The notes under the pieces: model-generated
Seen by the model: only the letters and a program-made list of their open reading frames with translations
Told to the model about the DNA's origin: nothing
The model's database searches: none
Made by a program: the position numbers and the translations under genes
In this document: positions 1 through 12,146 of the stretch, piece by piece
Layout of the letters: every line of letters starts with the position of its first letter
How positions within the stretch are numbered: position 1 is the stretch's first letter
Source of the DNA: Centroscyllium fabricii
Lineage: Eukaryota
Direction of reading: 5' to 3'
DNA length: 64,000 nt
NCBI GenBank assembly: GCA_051313645.2
Contig: JBNRSN020000014.1
Coordinates: 122,264,001 to 122,328,000, forward strand

Positions 1-125
1 GCCGGCGCGTTTTCACATTACAAGTAACGCGGGGCAAGCAGCTGGCTGGTCAATGTGCAAGCCACATTAAGTTGAGTTCGTGTTAGATTTATCTTAACAA
101 CCGAGCACGCACATTCTATTTATAA

Positions 126-227
126 ATGCAAGAAGTCACACAACACCAGATTATAGTCCAACGGTTTTATTTTAAATCACAAGCTTTCGGAGCTTCTGCT
201 CCTTCCTCAGGTGAAAAAGAGACTGAC
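126..227 (-). mobile_element. Penelope-like element terminal (pLTR-like) fragment with minimal hammerhead ribozyme (177-214)
   Basis: Minus strand reads TCAC-CTGAGGA-A-GGAGC-AGAA-GCTCC-GAAA-GCTT-GTGA followed by AATAAA. Near-identical to repeats at 10.1, 14.8 and 35.2 kb. Confidence 0.7.
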
Positions 228-3200
228 ATTATCTATATTATATTTATAATTCTCTCTTTCCCTCTCCCGAATATGCTGAGGGGGTGCAAGCACGCGGTCC
301 CTGTTTTAATTCAGATCGATTGTGTAGGTCCTGGACGGGTGACAAATAGATGGGTTTAAAAAAAAGCCAGGCCCTGACATAATTTACTGTGGTCAGTCCG
401 GGGAGATGTATGACCACATTGCACCTCTGAACTGGAGCTTTGCAATGCAAATATCCGGGGAAATTAACTTATCTGAATCAATGAGCGCACACACACACAC
501 GGAGAAAATATTACCTTTACCTTGGCAAATATAAACGGTGCAAAGTAGACATTATCGATTGCAACCCAAGGTTACTGAATAGATAATCAGAGACACCCCT
601 CCCCTCTCTCTCTCACACACACACATATTCACAATCGCGTTGTATCTTGGTGCAAAGTTCATGTAGATTTTGCTTTCGTGAACTCGGCTTACACTCAACA
701 CAAAAGCGCATTTTCAGAAATAAAGGATAAAGTGGTCGGTCACAAAAATTATGGTTGCACTTCAAAAAGGTGAGTGGAAGTTGTGGCAGTTGAAATTCGG
801 AATCCAGGACCGACTGAGCAGGAGGACACCTCTCGCTGCATGTGTGTCCAGTGCAGATCCCCATTCAAAGCCTGTCGCTAGAATGCCTGTTACAGAGCCT
901 CACAGATTCCCCTCCACAGCAGATTACAGTTAGACATTATCAAAGGCTGCGCTGATTGACACATGGAGACCTTAAGCAGCACACCAAGGACGTGAGGTTC
1001 TTTGAAATATCCTTTCAACTTTGAAAGTCTCACCACATCCATTTTCGTATTTTTAGTTTTAATACAACGTTCATTGCAGTGACAGATTGCCTCCAATGCA
1101 GCAACGTCTGTAGTTGTTCCCACGCGACTGGTTTTTTTTTTTAAAAAAAGGAATTATCATTCAAGCACAAACTAAATGAAGGTGTCTTTAATTTTTGGTT
1201 ATATAAACGCGCTTGAATAGACGGACGAGGAGAATGCTACTTTTTTTTTCCACAGAATGCGACTTTTAACAGGGGGAATGTAATAGCTGACAGCCAACGA
1301 CAGCCTGCTCCCGAAAATAAAACCTACACAGCAGTTTTTAACTTGTTCCTCAAAACCGCCACTTCGACAAAATACTGACCTCGAGAAAAACGCGGGCGAG
1401 ATTTTAAAAGGCATTTTTTTCTCTCCAGAAAACAAATGGCTCGAGAGAGAGAGAGAAAAAATACCATTTCAGACCCCGCCCATCAGCCAAACCCGTGCCC
1501 GTTGTTAAAATTCTGCTCGAAATATGGCCCTCGCCCCATCAATGAAATGGACGCCTGGTATGCAATGAACCGACTGACTCCCATGAAATGTCTTCCATGA
1601 TGTTTTATAGCCGGCATCACCTCCTCGAGTCACATCAAGCAACCACAATATATTGGATTTGAGTTCAGCTCCTTATGGGCAGTATCCTCGGAGTCATTGG
1701 CTCTGTTTACACGAGGCTTTTCGAAGTGACATGGCTATATCACTTTAATAGAAGATTTTAGCTCCATATTAATTCATCCTTTTGTTTATTTATATTGGCT
1801 TTGCCTGGCTGGCGCCAAGGACACTGACTGACTTTGGTCTAGTTTGAAAGTCACTTTTTTTTGTTAAAGGGAAAATAGCCGTGCGTAGTATTTAATGTTT
1901 ATATTGCATCCGAATTTGATACACAATTTGTCAAAGTGTAGATGTTTTCTATTTCAAAACGTTTAATCTCCGGTTTAAAGCTGCAGCGTCCCTTTTCCAT
2001 CTGCAGTCTCATTGCTTTCACATACATTCAGAAATCAATCAACTAACTAATGATCTATACACGGGCTGTCAGTAACTACACTGCTGTGGTACAATGTAAC
2101 TACATCTCAAAACGTTCCAGATGAAATAATAACAGAAACTCAAAAGCAAAAAGAACCCCATACCAACTCCTTTTTTTGTGTGGATTTTTAATACACATTT
2201 TGTAGGATCTCCGTGCAAAGCTCCCGATGATAGCTCCCCCGCTAACTATGAATGAAAGCCTGTCAATGACATAGTTGATTCAAAAGAACTAGTTTGGCGG
2301 TGCAAAATGTACAGCTTGCACCTCCCCCCCCCCCCCCCCACTAAGAAATCGAAGGTTTAAACATTTTTTCATGTTAGAACCAGGACGTCCCGTCTTCAAC
2401 ACGATCAGAAAATGTCCATTTGAGGCCTTTGGGAGCAGAAAGCTATTTGTCTGAAATCCAATGTCCTCGGTTTCTCCCTCCCTCTGAGTTCAGCTTTTGA
2501 AGGGGGGGGGGGGGGCTCTCCAGGACAAAGACGGTTGGCGAGGGTGGGGAGAGAGGGAGGGTGGGGAGAGAGTCCCTTTCATTTCATCTACAACTAGTGC
2601 TTGAGTCCCAGATAAGCGCTCAGCGAAGCCTCTGCATCCCCCCTCCTCTCGCCGCCAATGTAATTATTCTAAAGGTTGAAGAACTGGAGAATGAGGGGCC
2701 CTCGCACTCGCTGTCTGAACATCTCTTCCAAATATTGATCCACTGGCGATAATCCTCTAAACAGATTTTTTTTAAAGGTGGGGGGGGGGGAGTCACCGAG
2801 TTTCGACTATCGGCCCAACCTGTTTTTCCAGCACTTTCCATCGCAGCTCAATCTTACGGTTATCTCAAATCTTTGCCAAGCAACGTCTTTGAATTTGCAT
2901 GCATGGCGGTTTATTTCGGTGGGGGGGAGGGGGGGTGCTTGCGCTTTCATTAAAAAAAAGTCTATTTAAAAGCGAAAGCTATTTGTGGGATGTTTACGGT
3001 GGAGAAATGGAATGCATTGTGTAAACTGGGAGAAGGGTTGAGAGTTGGGGGGGGGGGGGGGGGGTTCCTGCAATCTCCGCAGATCTTTCTAACTCCAGCT
3101 CCTTGCCACGTGTTATTAATGTCTGCCAGGGAAAACAGGGAACGCATTTGCCAGCAAACTGTAACTCGCCATCGAAGGCTTGTCACGTCAGCAATTCTAT

Positions 3201-4199
3201 TTACCGTGGCTTCGTTTTGCAAATATATATATATATATATTTTAAAGAAAGCAAATAAAAAAAATAGCCTTCAACTCAAGGGCGAACTCCCAACTAAAGC
3301 GTGGCAGTGGAAGCCATCCAGCCCAGTAGATACAGTGCGGTAACCTTGCAGGCTACAGTGTGCCCTTCATTGCCCAATTCCGCAAACATGGCTCCCGAAC
3401 CATCGAGCAAATATTTATATATATATATTAAAAAGATGAAATCACACGGCTACAGTTCGATGTCATCGTGACGCACTTAAGAGTTCAATTGCAGGATCAT
3501 TTGGATATACGCGGCCGTAATCTCGATCACTGAGCAGAAATATCAAAGTTTTCAACCAAAAAAAAATCCAAATTACAATCGCCCTTTGTCGATTCGAGGC
3601 CGTTAAAACACACACAAAGACGCATGCACATCGACAAGCGCGTTATTATTAACCGGGATGATTTATTGTTACACATACCTAATCACATTACCGCTTCTGT
3701 TGCATCCGAGTGTGTAAAACAATGAGTCACACACTGAACAAAACCAGGCAAAGGGGGGAAAAAACCACACGGCGTGCTAAACGTAACCAATTGTCTTAAA
3801 GATTCCTTGATACACACACACACTGGGAGCTGGCGTTGCATTTAATTACAAGCTGCAATACACTGATTCCCCCCCCTTACATTTTAAAACATAAGCAACG
3901 TTTTTCCATTAGCGGAGAAAGGAAGGGGGGAATAAGTTGGAAGGAAGCTGTCACTCATTACTGCTCCATTGATCACTCACAATCTTCTGCATTCTCTGCC
4001 GCTGCCATCAGTCACTCGGCATTAATTATCCCTCCCCTCCCCCCTCTCTCTCTCCCCCTCTCTCTCTCTCTCTCTCGCTTTCTTTCTCCATCCTGTCGCC
4101 AATTTTTGAGACAAATGCAACGTTGATGAGTCCTCCAGAAGTTGCGTTTCTTTCATTCGGAGACGCGATTGTGCCTGGGAGATATTCAGATGAGCTCTT

Positions 4200-4640
4200 T
4201 CCAAACATTCAGGCGGTTGCTCCCCCGGCGCTGGGGGAGCTCATTACTATTTCAGTCCCTTTCCTTGTCTTGGGGGAACTTGAGGAACTTGAAACCGCCT
4301 GACAGTGTGTAAAAAAAGCATGGCGGGGGCTGGAGCAGACGGGGGAACTTGAAACTCCTCCCGCAAGATTCTGATGACTATTTCCATCGTTCAGGCGGGA
4401 ACGGGGAGCCTGGAAACGGTGCCATTGGCGGTCCTATTGTAATCGCTCAATGCCCTACCAAGGGTCGCCTTGAAACCGCCCCGGACGCTCTAATTGGTTT
4501 TTCAGGGACGTCGCGAGGGGGCAGCTGGCCCCGGGCCAATCAGAGGCGTGTTTATATTGATTGATTGACAGCCGCCCCGGCCAATGGGAGTCTTATTGAC
4601 ACGGGGTGATTGACAGGAGGCAGGCCCCTGGCCAAACAAT
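4200..4640 (+). promoter_or_regulatory. Probable core promoter of the TNRC18-like gene
   Basis: CpG-rich. CCAAT boxes at 4424-4428, 4493-4497, 4536-4540 and 4581-4585. Two TGATTGACAG (PBX-PKNOX/MEIS type) motifs at 4562-4571 and 4607-4616. Repeated CTTGAAAC motif. Confidence 0.7.
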
Positions 4641-4823
4641 GTGTGCTTCATTGCAAAGAGAGAGTTTTGGAAGACTGGCTAGAGTTGAAAGAGGTTTTTT
4701 TTTTGGTATTTTGTTTTCTGTATGGCGCTTCCACAATCTGCGTTCACCTATAGCCTGGACTCTTAAAATAAACCGAGGGGCGAAGAAAAAAATCTACTTA
4801 GCCTGTCTGAAACGTCCATAAAC
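4640..4823 (+). other. TNRC18: Putative non-coding exon 1 (start approximate)
   Basis: Lies just downstream of the promoter motifs and ends at donor AAC|GTGAGT (GT at 4824). The next exon has an acceptor at 6608-6609. Confidence 0.5.
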
Positions 4824-6609
4824 GTGAGTAAAGTTTTTTTTTTGCACCTAACATACTCAAAGCTGTAACTATTGCACAGTCAACCGTGTTTGTAAGATGT
4901 GAAGTAATGGGAAGGCGCGCCAAGCGTGAAAAACACTATTCTAGGCGCAATCGCACAAGTTTTGGTTGGGAAGTGAGATTCACCAGAACACGAAAGGTTA
5001 CTGGGAACAGAGGGTTGGATTGTTTGTTGTATATATTTTTGTTAATGCTTTCTGTCGAAGAGGCTGTTGCAGTCTGTGCTGAAGTTAGACCGGACCTTTT
5101 GTAACGCAGAGTGAGCAGATCGGTGCTACTTGGGTTTTTTTTTTAACCCCACATTCCTCTTTTTTTTTTGCTTTTAAAATTGAAAACAAGTGTAAAATAA
5201 TCAAAGGTAGACCGCGAGCTGAGCTTTGGGGATTTTGCAGATAACAGCATAAGTTACATTTTATCCAAAGGTAGGGTAGGGGGTGGGGGGGCTGGATTGC
5301 AGTTGATCAAATGGCTGTTTTTAATTAAAATCAGGATTTCAGCCATTCCACGAAACACTGGCGAAAGCCAGGAAATCAAATCAAGGCTCCTCAAGGATTG
5401 AATTGGCAAATGTGCCGCAGCCTGCTCGAGTCAAAAAAAAATATTTCATTCTTTTCCGAGGCTGGGTTTAAAAAAAAATTTTAATGCCTGCTTTTTCTTG
5501 CAGTATATTTCGAGGGAGAACTTGCCCGCCTAACCGATGAGGTTTAGGTGTGTTCGGCCGCTGCATGTTTCAGCATGTTTATGCATCGTATTGGGTGAGA
5601 GCAGTCATTTGTGAATGAACTTGGGATTTTTAGAAGCTGCAACAACAGGCATTAATATGAGGGGCCGAATCGGTCGATTGTAAGCGAACGAAACGTGGGA
5701 GATGGAAACGGTTTAATTAGCCCAAGAAAGGGGGGAAGGAAATGTTATTTAAAAAAAAAACTCAGCTCGGCTGGACTGCAGTGACTAGATCCCCAAAAAC
5801 ATTCCCACCAGAGCTGAACTCTCGCTCCATCTGCACTTCTCCACTGCTGACTCTGATATATTTAATTTGAACATGTCGAGCCTGAATTTTTTTTTTGTTG
5901 AACTTTTACAATTTTGTGAGTAGTGTTTTTTTAAAAAAAAGTGCTCGGCTTCAGAATGTAATTATTGATGATTTTCTACCGAGAGAGGGGCTTGTGTTGA
6001 CATCTGCTGTTTATGTTTCTGTAACGGCCAAGCTATTGTAGGCTGCTAATTTTTTCAGTATGTGCCAACGCTCCGAGCACAGACTCGAGCCTCGAAAGTT
6101 AAGATACAGACTGGGAGATTACTCTGACCGAAACATTCCTTATTCTCTTGCTTTGATGCTGGTGAATGGGGTGGGGGGTGGGGGGGAAGTAGAATTTCCC
6201 TTCAGAATCGTTTTAAAAGCAGCATTTAGGTCTTCAGACTCTCGCTGTGTCTGGGGGGAACGTTGTTCCATGAATTTGAACTGGGCGATAAAATCGCAGT
6301 TCCACAAAAAGACGGGTGTTTCGGCAGATGTTGAAAACAGTAACGCAAACATATCCTTAAACTGCAATTGTTGTTTTGAGAGGGGACATTCACACACGGA
6401 ATAAAACGCCGATCTTCGAAGGAAATGGGCAAATGTTTGGAGTTGAATGTGAAGCATAAATTGGGTTTCGGCCCAGCTCCTTAAACTAATAACCGTTATA
6501 TTTTATTACGAATTTGAGTTCACGTAGACGAGTATAAGAGGAAGAATTAATATTAATTTTTAATTGCACTCAATATATTGAAGCCATGTTTTTCTTCCCT
6601 CCTGTACAG

Positions 6610-6741
6610 ATGCCGCTCAGAATGCCTCAGAGAAAGCCTGATAACACGTTTGTAGATCTTGGGACTGTCCAAAGCAGCCTGAATTAAACAGGAGGGATTT
6701 TGTTCAGAGACCCGAGGAGCAAGGATTCGCACTGACCGATT
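6610..6741 (+). other. TNRC18: 5' UTR part of exon 2, containing uORF 6610-6687
   Basis: Polypyrimidine tract and acceptor TTTTTCTTCCCTCCTGTACAG end at 6609. Confidence 0.65.
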
Positions 6742-6943
6742 ATGGATGGCAGAGATTTCGGGCATCACCGGACTGTTCACGTCCCTTCTCCTCTGCTCAC
6801 CGGGCTGGCCATGGAGGCGCACAGGGTGGGCGCGCCGGCCGGCAGGGTGGCTCCCTCGGCCGGCCACATGAGCTCGGCGCTCGGCTCTCATCTCCCCCCC
6901 GGCAAGTACCTCTCCTCCCCGGTCTCGGTACACGGGCACTCGG
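6742..6943 (+). CDS. TNRC18: First coding exon of TNRC18 (BAH-domain chromatin reader; paralogue BAHCC1)
   Basis: Encodes MDGRDFGHHRTVHVPSPLLTGLAMEAHRVG...LPPGKYLS, resembling the recalled TNRC18 N-terminus (MDGRDFGPQRSVHGPPPPLLSGLAMDSHRVG...LPPGKY). Good Kozak context (ATTATGG). Phase-1 donor G|GTAAGT at 6944. Confidence 0.88.
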
Positions 6944-9900
6944 GTAAGTCTTGCCTTCATCTTCAAGATGCTCGATATGATTTCCAGTAGATTTATTTTA
7001 AAGGCGAATCTGTGTTACATGTGGGGCCAGCTTAGAGTTGTTGGAAATGTGTGTTTTTTAACAAAAAAAACAATGAGTTTTCAAAACCACGAGAGTTTCT
7101 TCAGTGAAAGACAGTCCTTTAATTGAGAGGGGGAGCTGAACTGCGAAAGAGATTGTAAGGATTCTAAAAGTTTGCTTAGAAGTTCTGCAAACTTACTTTT
7201 TTTTACATACAATGAGAGAATTGAGTATGTAATTGTGTTAACAATGAATGCAAATATTCCTCAACAATAATACTTAGGGTCAAGTGTCCATTATCCACAT
7301 CTCATTGACTGCAATCAGATGTTTCTGTGCAGTCTCCCCTCTTTGCAAATGTTAAGCGCATTCGAATAGTTTCTCTTCTAATCTGAGTCGGCCTCACTGC
7401 TTTGTTTTCGTGTGGAGAATCCGTAGTGCAGGCAATTGAAAAAACATCGAGCTGAGGCCCGTTGGCGCGGAGCGTTTTGTTGTTTGCCATTAACCGAGCT
7501 GGTTTGCTTCTCCCAGTATTGAGGTCGGAGAAAAGCGGCGAGAGCTTTAGTTAAAATTGAGCCGTGCCCGTCACAAAACGTTCGAGTTCAGTCCATATCT
7601 GGAGCACCGAAACCGCCCTTTGAAAGGCGCATTTTAGGAAGCAGACAGAGGCTGGCTGTGCAGACTGAGTTAGGGGCCGAGCTTCCAGCTCCTGAGGAAT
7701 GAATGGCTGCTTTCCTTTGGATTTTTTTGTTGTTGGCATCTTACTTATTTTGCGGACGAGAACCGCGTTTCCCTGTTAGCCTGTGTACCTAAAGCGGTGC
7801 TGTTTGGAGGGTTGGTTAGGAAGTGGCATTCGAGCGTTTTATTCCGGTTTGGAGACTGGTTCCCTTCAGTGGCCTTCAATGCGTGCCAGTTCCTTTTTTT
7901 TAAATTGAAAAAGCTCCGAATATCTAGAAATGTGTAGAGCGGTTCGAAGCAGCGAGAGAGAGAGAGAGAGAGAGAGAGAAGAAATGGTTGAGAAATGGCC
8001 AGAGAGAGATTTACAGATAGTCTGAAAGTGGAATTCGCAGCAAGATTCGAGGCGGCCCTCTAAAGCAATTGAGACAGAAAGGAACTTAAAACCGAACTAA
8101 GTTGCAAACAACTATCTTTGGTAAAAGCGAGCGAACATTCCCTACCTAAAGATGTTCTAACGTTGTTCTAATTCCCCCCTAAAAGGGTGTCCTTTTGTAT
8201 GTAAATACACACGCATTGATCACAAATAAACCCAGACAGCAATATTTAGGGCACTTAACGCTTCGGTGGTTGGATATTCTTTGTGAAACAGAGTTTGGGC
8301 GAGGTTTGCAAAGAATGGAAATCCGTGTGTTTTAGAGTTTGTGCCTATTCTCAGTCGACTTATTTATTTTTGAAAGTTCATGCTGATAGTAATAAACCGG
8401 GCACATTCCCCCAAAACACGCAAGGCAGGAACAGGCAGAAATCTTGACATTACAAAGCCAGATAAAAGGTGGGGTTGGGTTGTGGGGGGGGGGGGGGGGG
8501 GGGGCTGGTGGGGGAGCGAGTTAAGGGTGCACGCCAGCTGGTTAAATGAATTGTAAATGTTTCTCGAGGAAGCTGTGCCTCGCTGACTATTTTTCCCTCA
8601 AGCATGCAAATTGTCTGACATTCACACTTATTAGGGTTGATTAGAATTGCGCAGATTGCAAATTCACCTTTGTGTGAAAAAGGACTGGCGGAGCAGGGTT
8701 CAGAAAGCGCTGAACATGACGCTTGTGAAACCACATGCATTTAATGGTATGGGGATATATATATCTGTATAGAAAATGGCAAAATGATTTGTGGGCAGTT
8801 CGAAATCCCCTGAAGTCCAAGGAGCAATGACATAGCCACCTTGAATATGAATCATTGCTCATATTTCTAAGCGCAGTCCTTAATTCATTTCAGCACATTT
8901 ACTAGCCGTTAACTGTTTACATTTTGACCGTGGCTGTTTTTGGGACTGTGTTTATAAGCTGGTACTCTTTTGATGTAATCTTCAATCTTATTGTCAAACG
9001 CAGATGACCTTTTTAAAAAAAAAACGTTTCACTTCCCCCTCTATTATTCCCCATTGGCTCATTGGCAGCGATTTCATGTCGTTATCGGCGATTCCGCCCC
9101 CCCGCCCCCCCCCCTCCACCGTTCTGTGAAAAGTAGAAAGTTTTCGTTTCCCGGCGTAGATTTAAAGTATGTTTCACCGGCTCAGCACAGGTTGACTGCT
9201 GCGTGTGTTCCAATGGAGGAATGGGGCTTCAGTTCAATCCCTGTAGGCAGAGCTGAAACATTTGTTTTTGATTGCTCCCCAGTTTAAAACACATCCCCTC
9301 TCTCTGCATTACAGCCTCAAAAAGTCCTTCAGCTGGCTGTAAAGCGCTTTGGGACGTCTCGAGGTCGTGAACGGCGCTATAGAAATGCAGGTCCTCCTCC
9401 GAGTTCGCAAAACCTCTTGACGGGCTTCTGGCTGGAGACGGGCCGCTTAAAAGGAAAGGCCTTTGAATGCGTTTTCCTGGGGCCCGCTGAGCGGCGAGGC
9501 TGCCCGGCGTACGAGTGATAGCCGAGGAATGAGACTTTGCTTCAAACCCCGTGTGCTCACAGGCAGAGCTGAAACCTTTTCAATTCCCAGTTCCCCTCCT
9601 TGTTCACTAACGCTAAATATTAGAAGGGTTTGCTGGGCAAGTCCTCCTCCAATACTGCAGCTGGTAGTTCAAGTGTTAATATCCAGTGCTATTGTACACA
9701 GTAAATTGTTCCCATTGTCGGAGTGTGTCTGTCTTCCAGTGTTAGAGGACAGGGCACTTTCTGCTAATCTGTATTTTAGTCACACAGTTGAGTAAGATTG
9801 ACTTTAAGTTTTAACTTTAATAATTACTGTGACTAGCAGGTTCCGCTGCCCATGTGTCCCCTTGCATTACCTTAATGGCTTTTTAAATGTTAAATTATGG

Positions 9901-10084
9901 ACAGTGGTTTTAAGTTACGATTAAAGACTTCGACAGGCTTGCAATCGGAAGGTGTGACTGTACATTAACATTGAGAATACTTGGTCGTGTGCCTCTGAGG
10001 TAGCACCAGCTACCGAGGATAGACATCTATGAATCTATGATTAACCACACCAGTTTTGGGGGCGATTCTATGAAAATGCCATAA

Positions 10085-10354
10085 CGTGGAGGTGCCGGTG
10101 TTGGACTGGGGTGGACAAATGCAAGAAGTCACACAACACCAGATTATAGTCCAACGGTTTTATTTTAAATCACAAGCTTTCGGAGCTGCTGCCCCTTCGT
10201 CAGGTGAAAGAGAGAGACTGACTTAAAGAACGCACATATGTGCGTTCTTTAAGTCAGTCTCTCTCTTTCACCTGACGAAGGGGCAGAAGCTCCGAAAGCT
10301 TGTGATTTAAAATAAAACCGTTGGACTATAACCTGGTGTTGTGTGACTTCTTGC
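10085..10354. mobile_element. Palindromic Penelope-like terminal repeat pair with two hammerhead motifs (10170-10207 on -, 10268-10305 on +)
   Basis: 10121-10354 is a near-perfect inverted repeat centred on CATATG (10235-10240). Each arm carries the CTGACGA...GAAA core. Confidence 0.75.
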
Positions 10355-11929
10355 TATTAAAATGCATGCAGGGGTTACCAGTGGAATACTGAAAGTAAGG
10401 CATATTAATTGGAAGAACTGTATGGAGTAAAACAAGGAAGTGTAAAAACCCTATTAATGAGGCTCCATCAAATGTAAGGGCAGAAGTGTTAATGTAGGAA
10501 GATCGAGCAGGTTACTTAGACTGGGTTTGGTAGATGTGTTGCCCAGATAGCAGGGTTGGGTCTTAGAAGCACTGTTACAAATATTCTTGTTTTTAAAGTG
10601 GCATTTTATAAAGTTTATCACTTGGGGAAAGGGCAGCCCAGACATTGCTGGAAACCTTCATGTGATGCTCCACATTCCCAGATCCAAGCCCCGCCAGTGT
10701 CCTTGCAAAGTGCAGCAGGAACGCTATTTTTCGCCACGTCCACTAAACACTCACAAACTGAATCAACATATCGAGAAAGCTTAGCAAAGGGAGCGCGTTT
10801 TAAAAGCCCCCTGTTTAATGATACTGCTCCCTTCCCGGTTTCATTTCGCCGTAATGAAGTCTAGCCATTTTAACAATTAAACACCGGTTCATCTTTTTAA
10901 TTCCCGTGCCCTCTTTACCAGCTCAAATTCTCACCAGTTCTGGACTTAAAAGTTCAACCTGGAATTTAAAAAAAAGCGATGCTTCGATCTTAACGTCGCT
11001 GCGCAGAAAGCTGGAGATGGGTTCATTGTCTTTTGTACATTTGCCTATAATTGGGTGAGAGGGAGGTTTATACAGGGGCCTTTTCCAGGTGTATCATTCG
11101 GCCAAACGAACGTACTTGGAGCCAGGTAAACGCTGCAAAGTTGCTCCTTAAGTTCTGCCCACAAGGGGCTGCCTGACTGCCACGGATTTGAGCGGCCTTT
11201 CTAACCCCCTCCTGGCCAGACCGGGGATTCGATCAGATCAGGGCAGTTTTTGGAGACTTTAACAAGGTCGGGATTTGAAACTGCAGAAAGTAGAGAGAGG
11301 CAGAATGGACTAAAGGCCACGAAACATCAGATAACAGACCAGGAGTTTCAAAAACGGTGTCGCCAAGAAATGACATGATTACGGACACTATCTATCACCT
11401 TATGGGTTGCTCTTATCGGCTTTTTTTTTGTTGCTGCCAGTGCTTGCTTGAACGCCGCGATTGCGCCTGTTTGCTGGGTGATTTATCGGGACACCAGGCA
11501 GCGTGCCGCAGTCTTTGATCGCTGGCTTCAACTTAGCACTCACTGACTGATCCACTGCCCGAAAGGGAAAAAAAAAGTTGAATCCGCCGAGGACTAGGTA
11601 TGATAAATGAGTCAGATGGTTCGGAATTACAGACTTACCGCTTCCAACAATGGAAGTGATTTGGCGCAGGTTTAACCCTATAATGCGAGGTCTCAAGCTG
11701 GGTGCATTTTAATTGAGGTCTCGCCGATATGTTTCATTCCCTAGTCCCATCTTTGCTGTAGTCAGGGTTCAGACTCTTGTTCTCAGGGCTTCTGAACTCC
11801 AAACGTCAACGTTTCCGCCGAACAGGCATTTGAAGATGAATATTTTCAGAACTGTTGGACTGTTGGAGCCCCGAATATGGTGTCGAACCCTCGGGGACCC
11901 CGGAACAGAGATGCTTTTCAGGGGAAGCG

Positions 11930-12075
11930 AGATTAGTACATGAGGGAGACAAGAATGGCAGGGTATTGCTGGTGGGGTGATGAAGAGGGGTGGGAGGAGG
12001 CTGGTGTGGTGCATAAACACCAGCATAGACCAGTTGGGCCCAATGACCTCTTGCTGTGCTGTGCATTCTATCTAC
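11930..12075 (+). mobile_element. Degenerate CR1-type LINE 3' end
   Basis: TACATGAGGGAGA...GCATAAACACCAGCATAGACCAGTTGGGCC, similar to 27255-27385 and 39800-39880/41030-41110. Confidence 0.5.
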
Positions 12076-12082
12076 GTGGGGA

Positions 12083-12146
12083 ATGTGCTTTGGCAACATA
12101 AGATGTATCCTGTCATGCCAATAAAGCAATTTGAATTGAATTGAAT
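12083..12146 (+). mobile_element. Very short 3' tail of RTEX-like LINE
   Basis: TGCTTTGGCAACATAAGATGTATC..GTCATGCCAATAAAGCAATT(TGAAT)n matches the reverse complement of 54600-54667. Confidence 0.6.

Noticed and set aside
6742-6943. Assignment to BAHCC1
   Set aside because: BAHCC1 also starts MDGRDF, but the VH..P.PLL.GLAM..HRVG segment matches my recollection of TNRC18 better. A BLASTP would settle it.
6944-6990. ORF-track extension of the TNRC18 ORF to 6990
   Set aside because: Similarity ends at a consensus GTAAGT donor, so the remainder is intron read-through.
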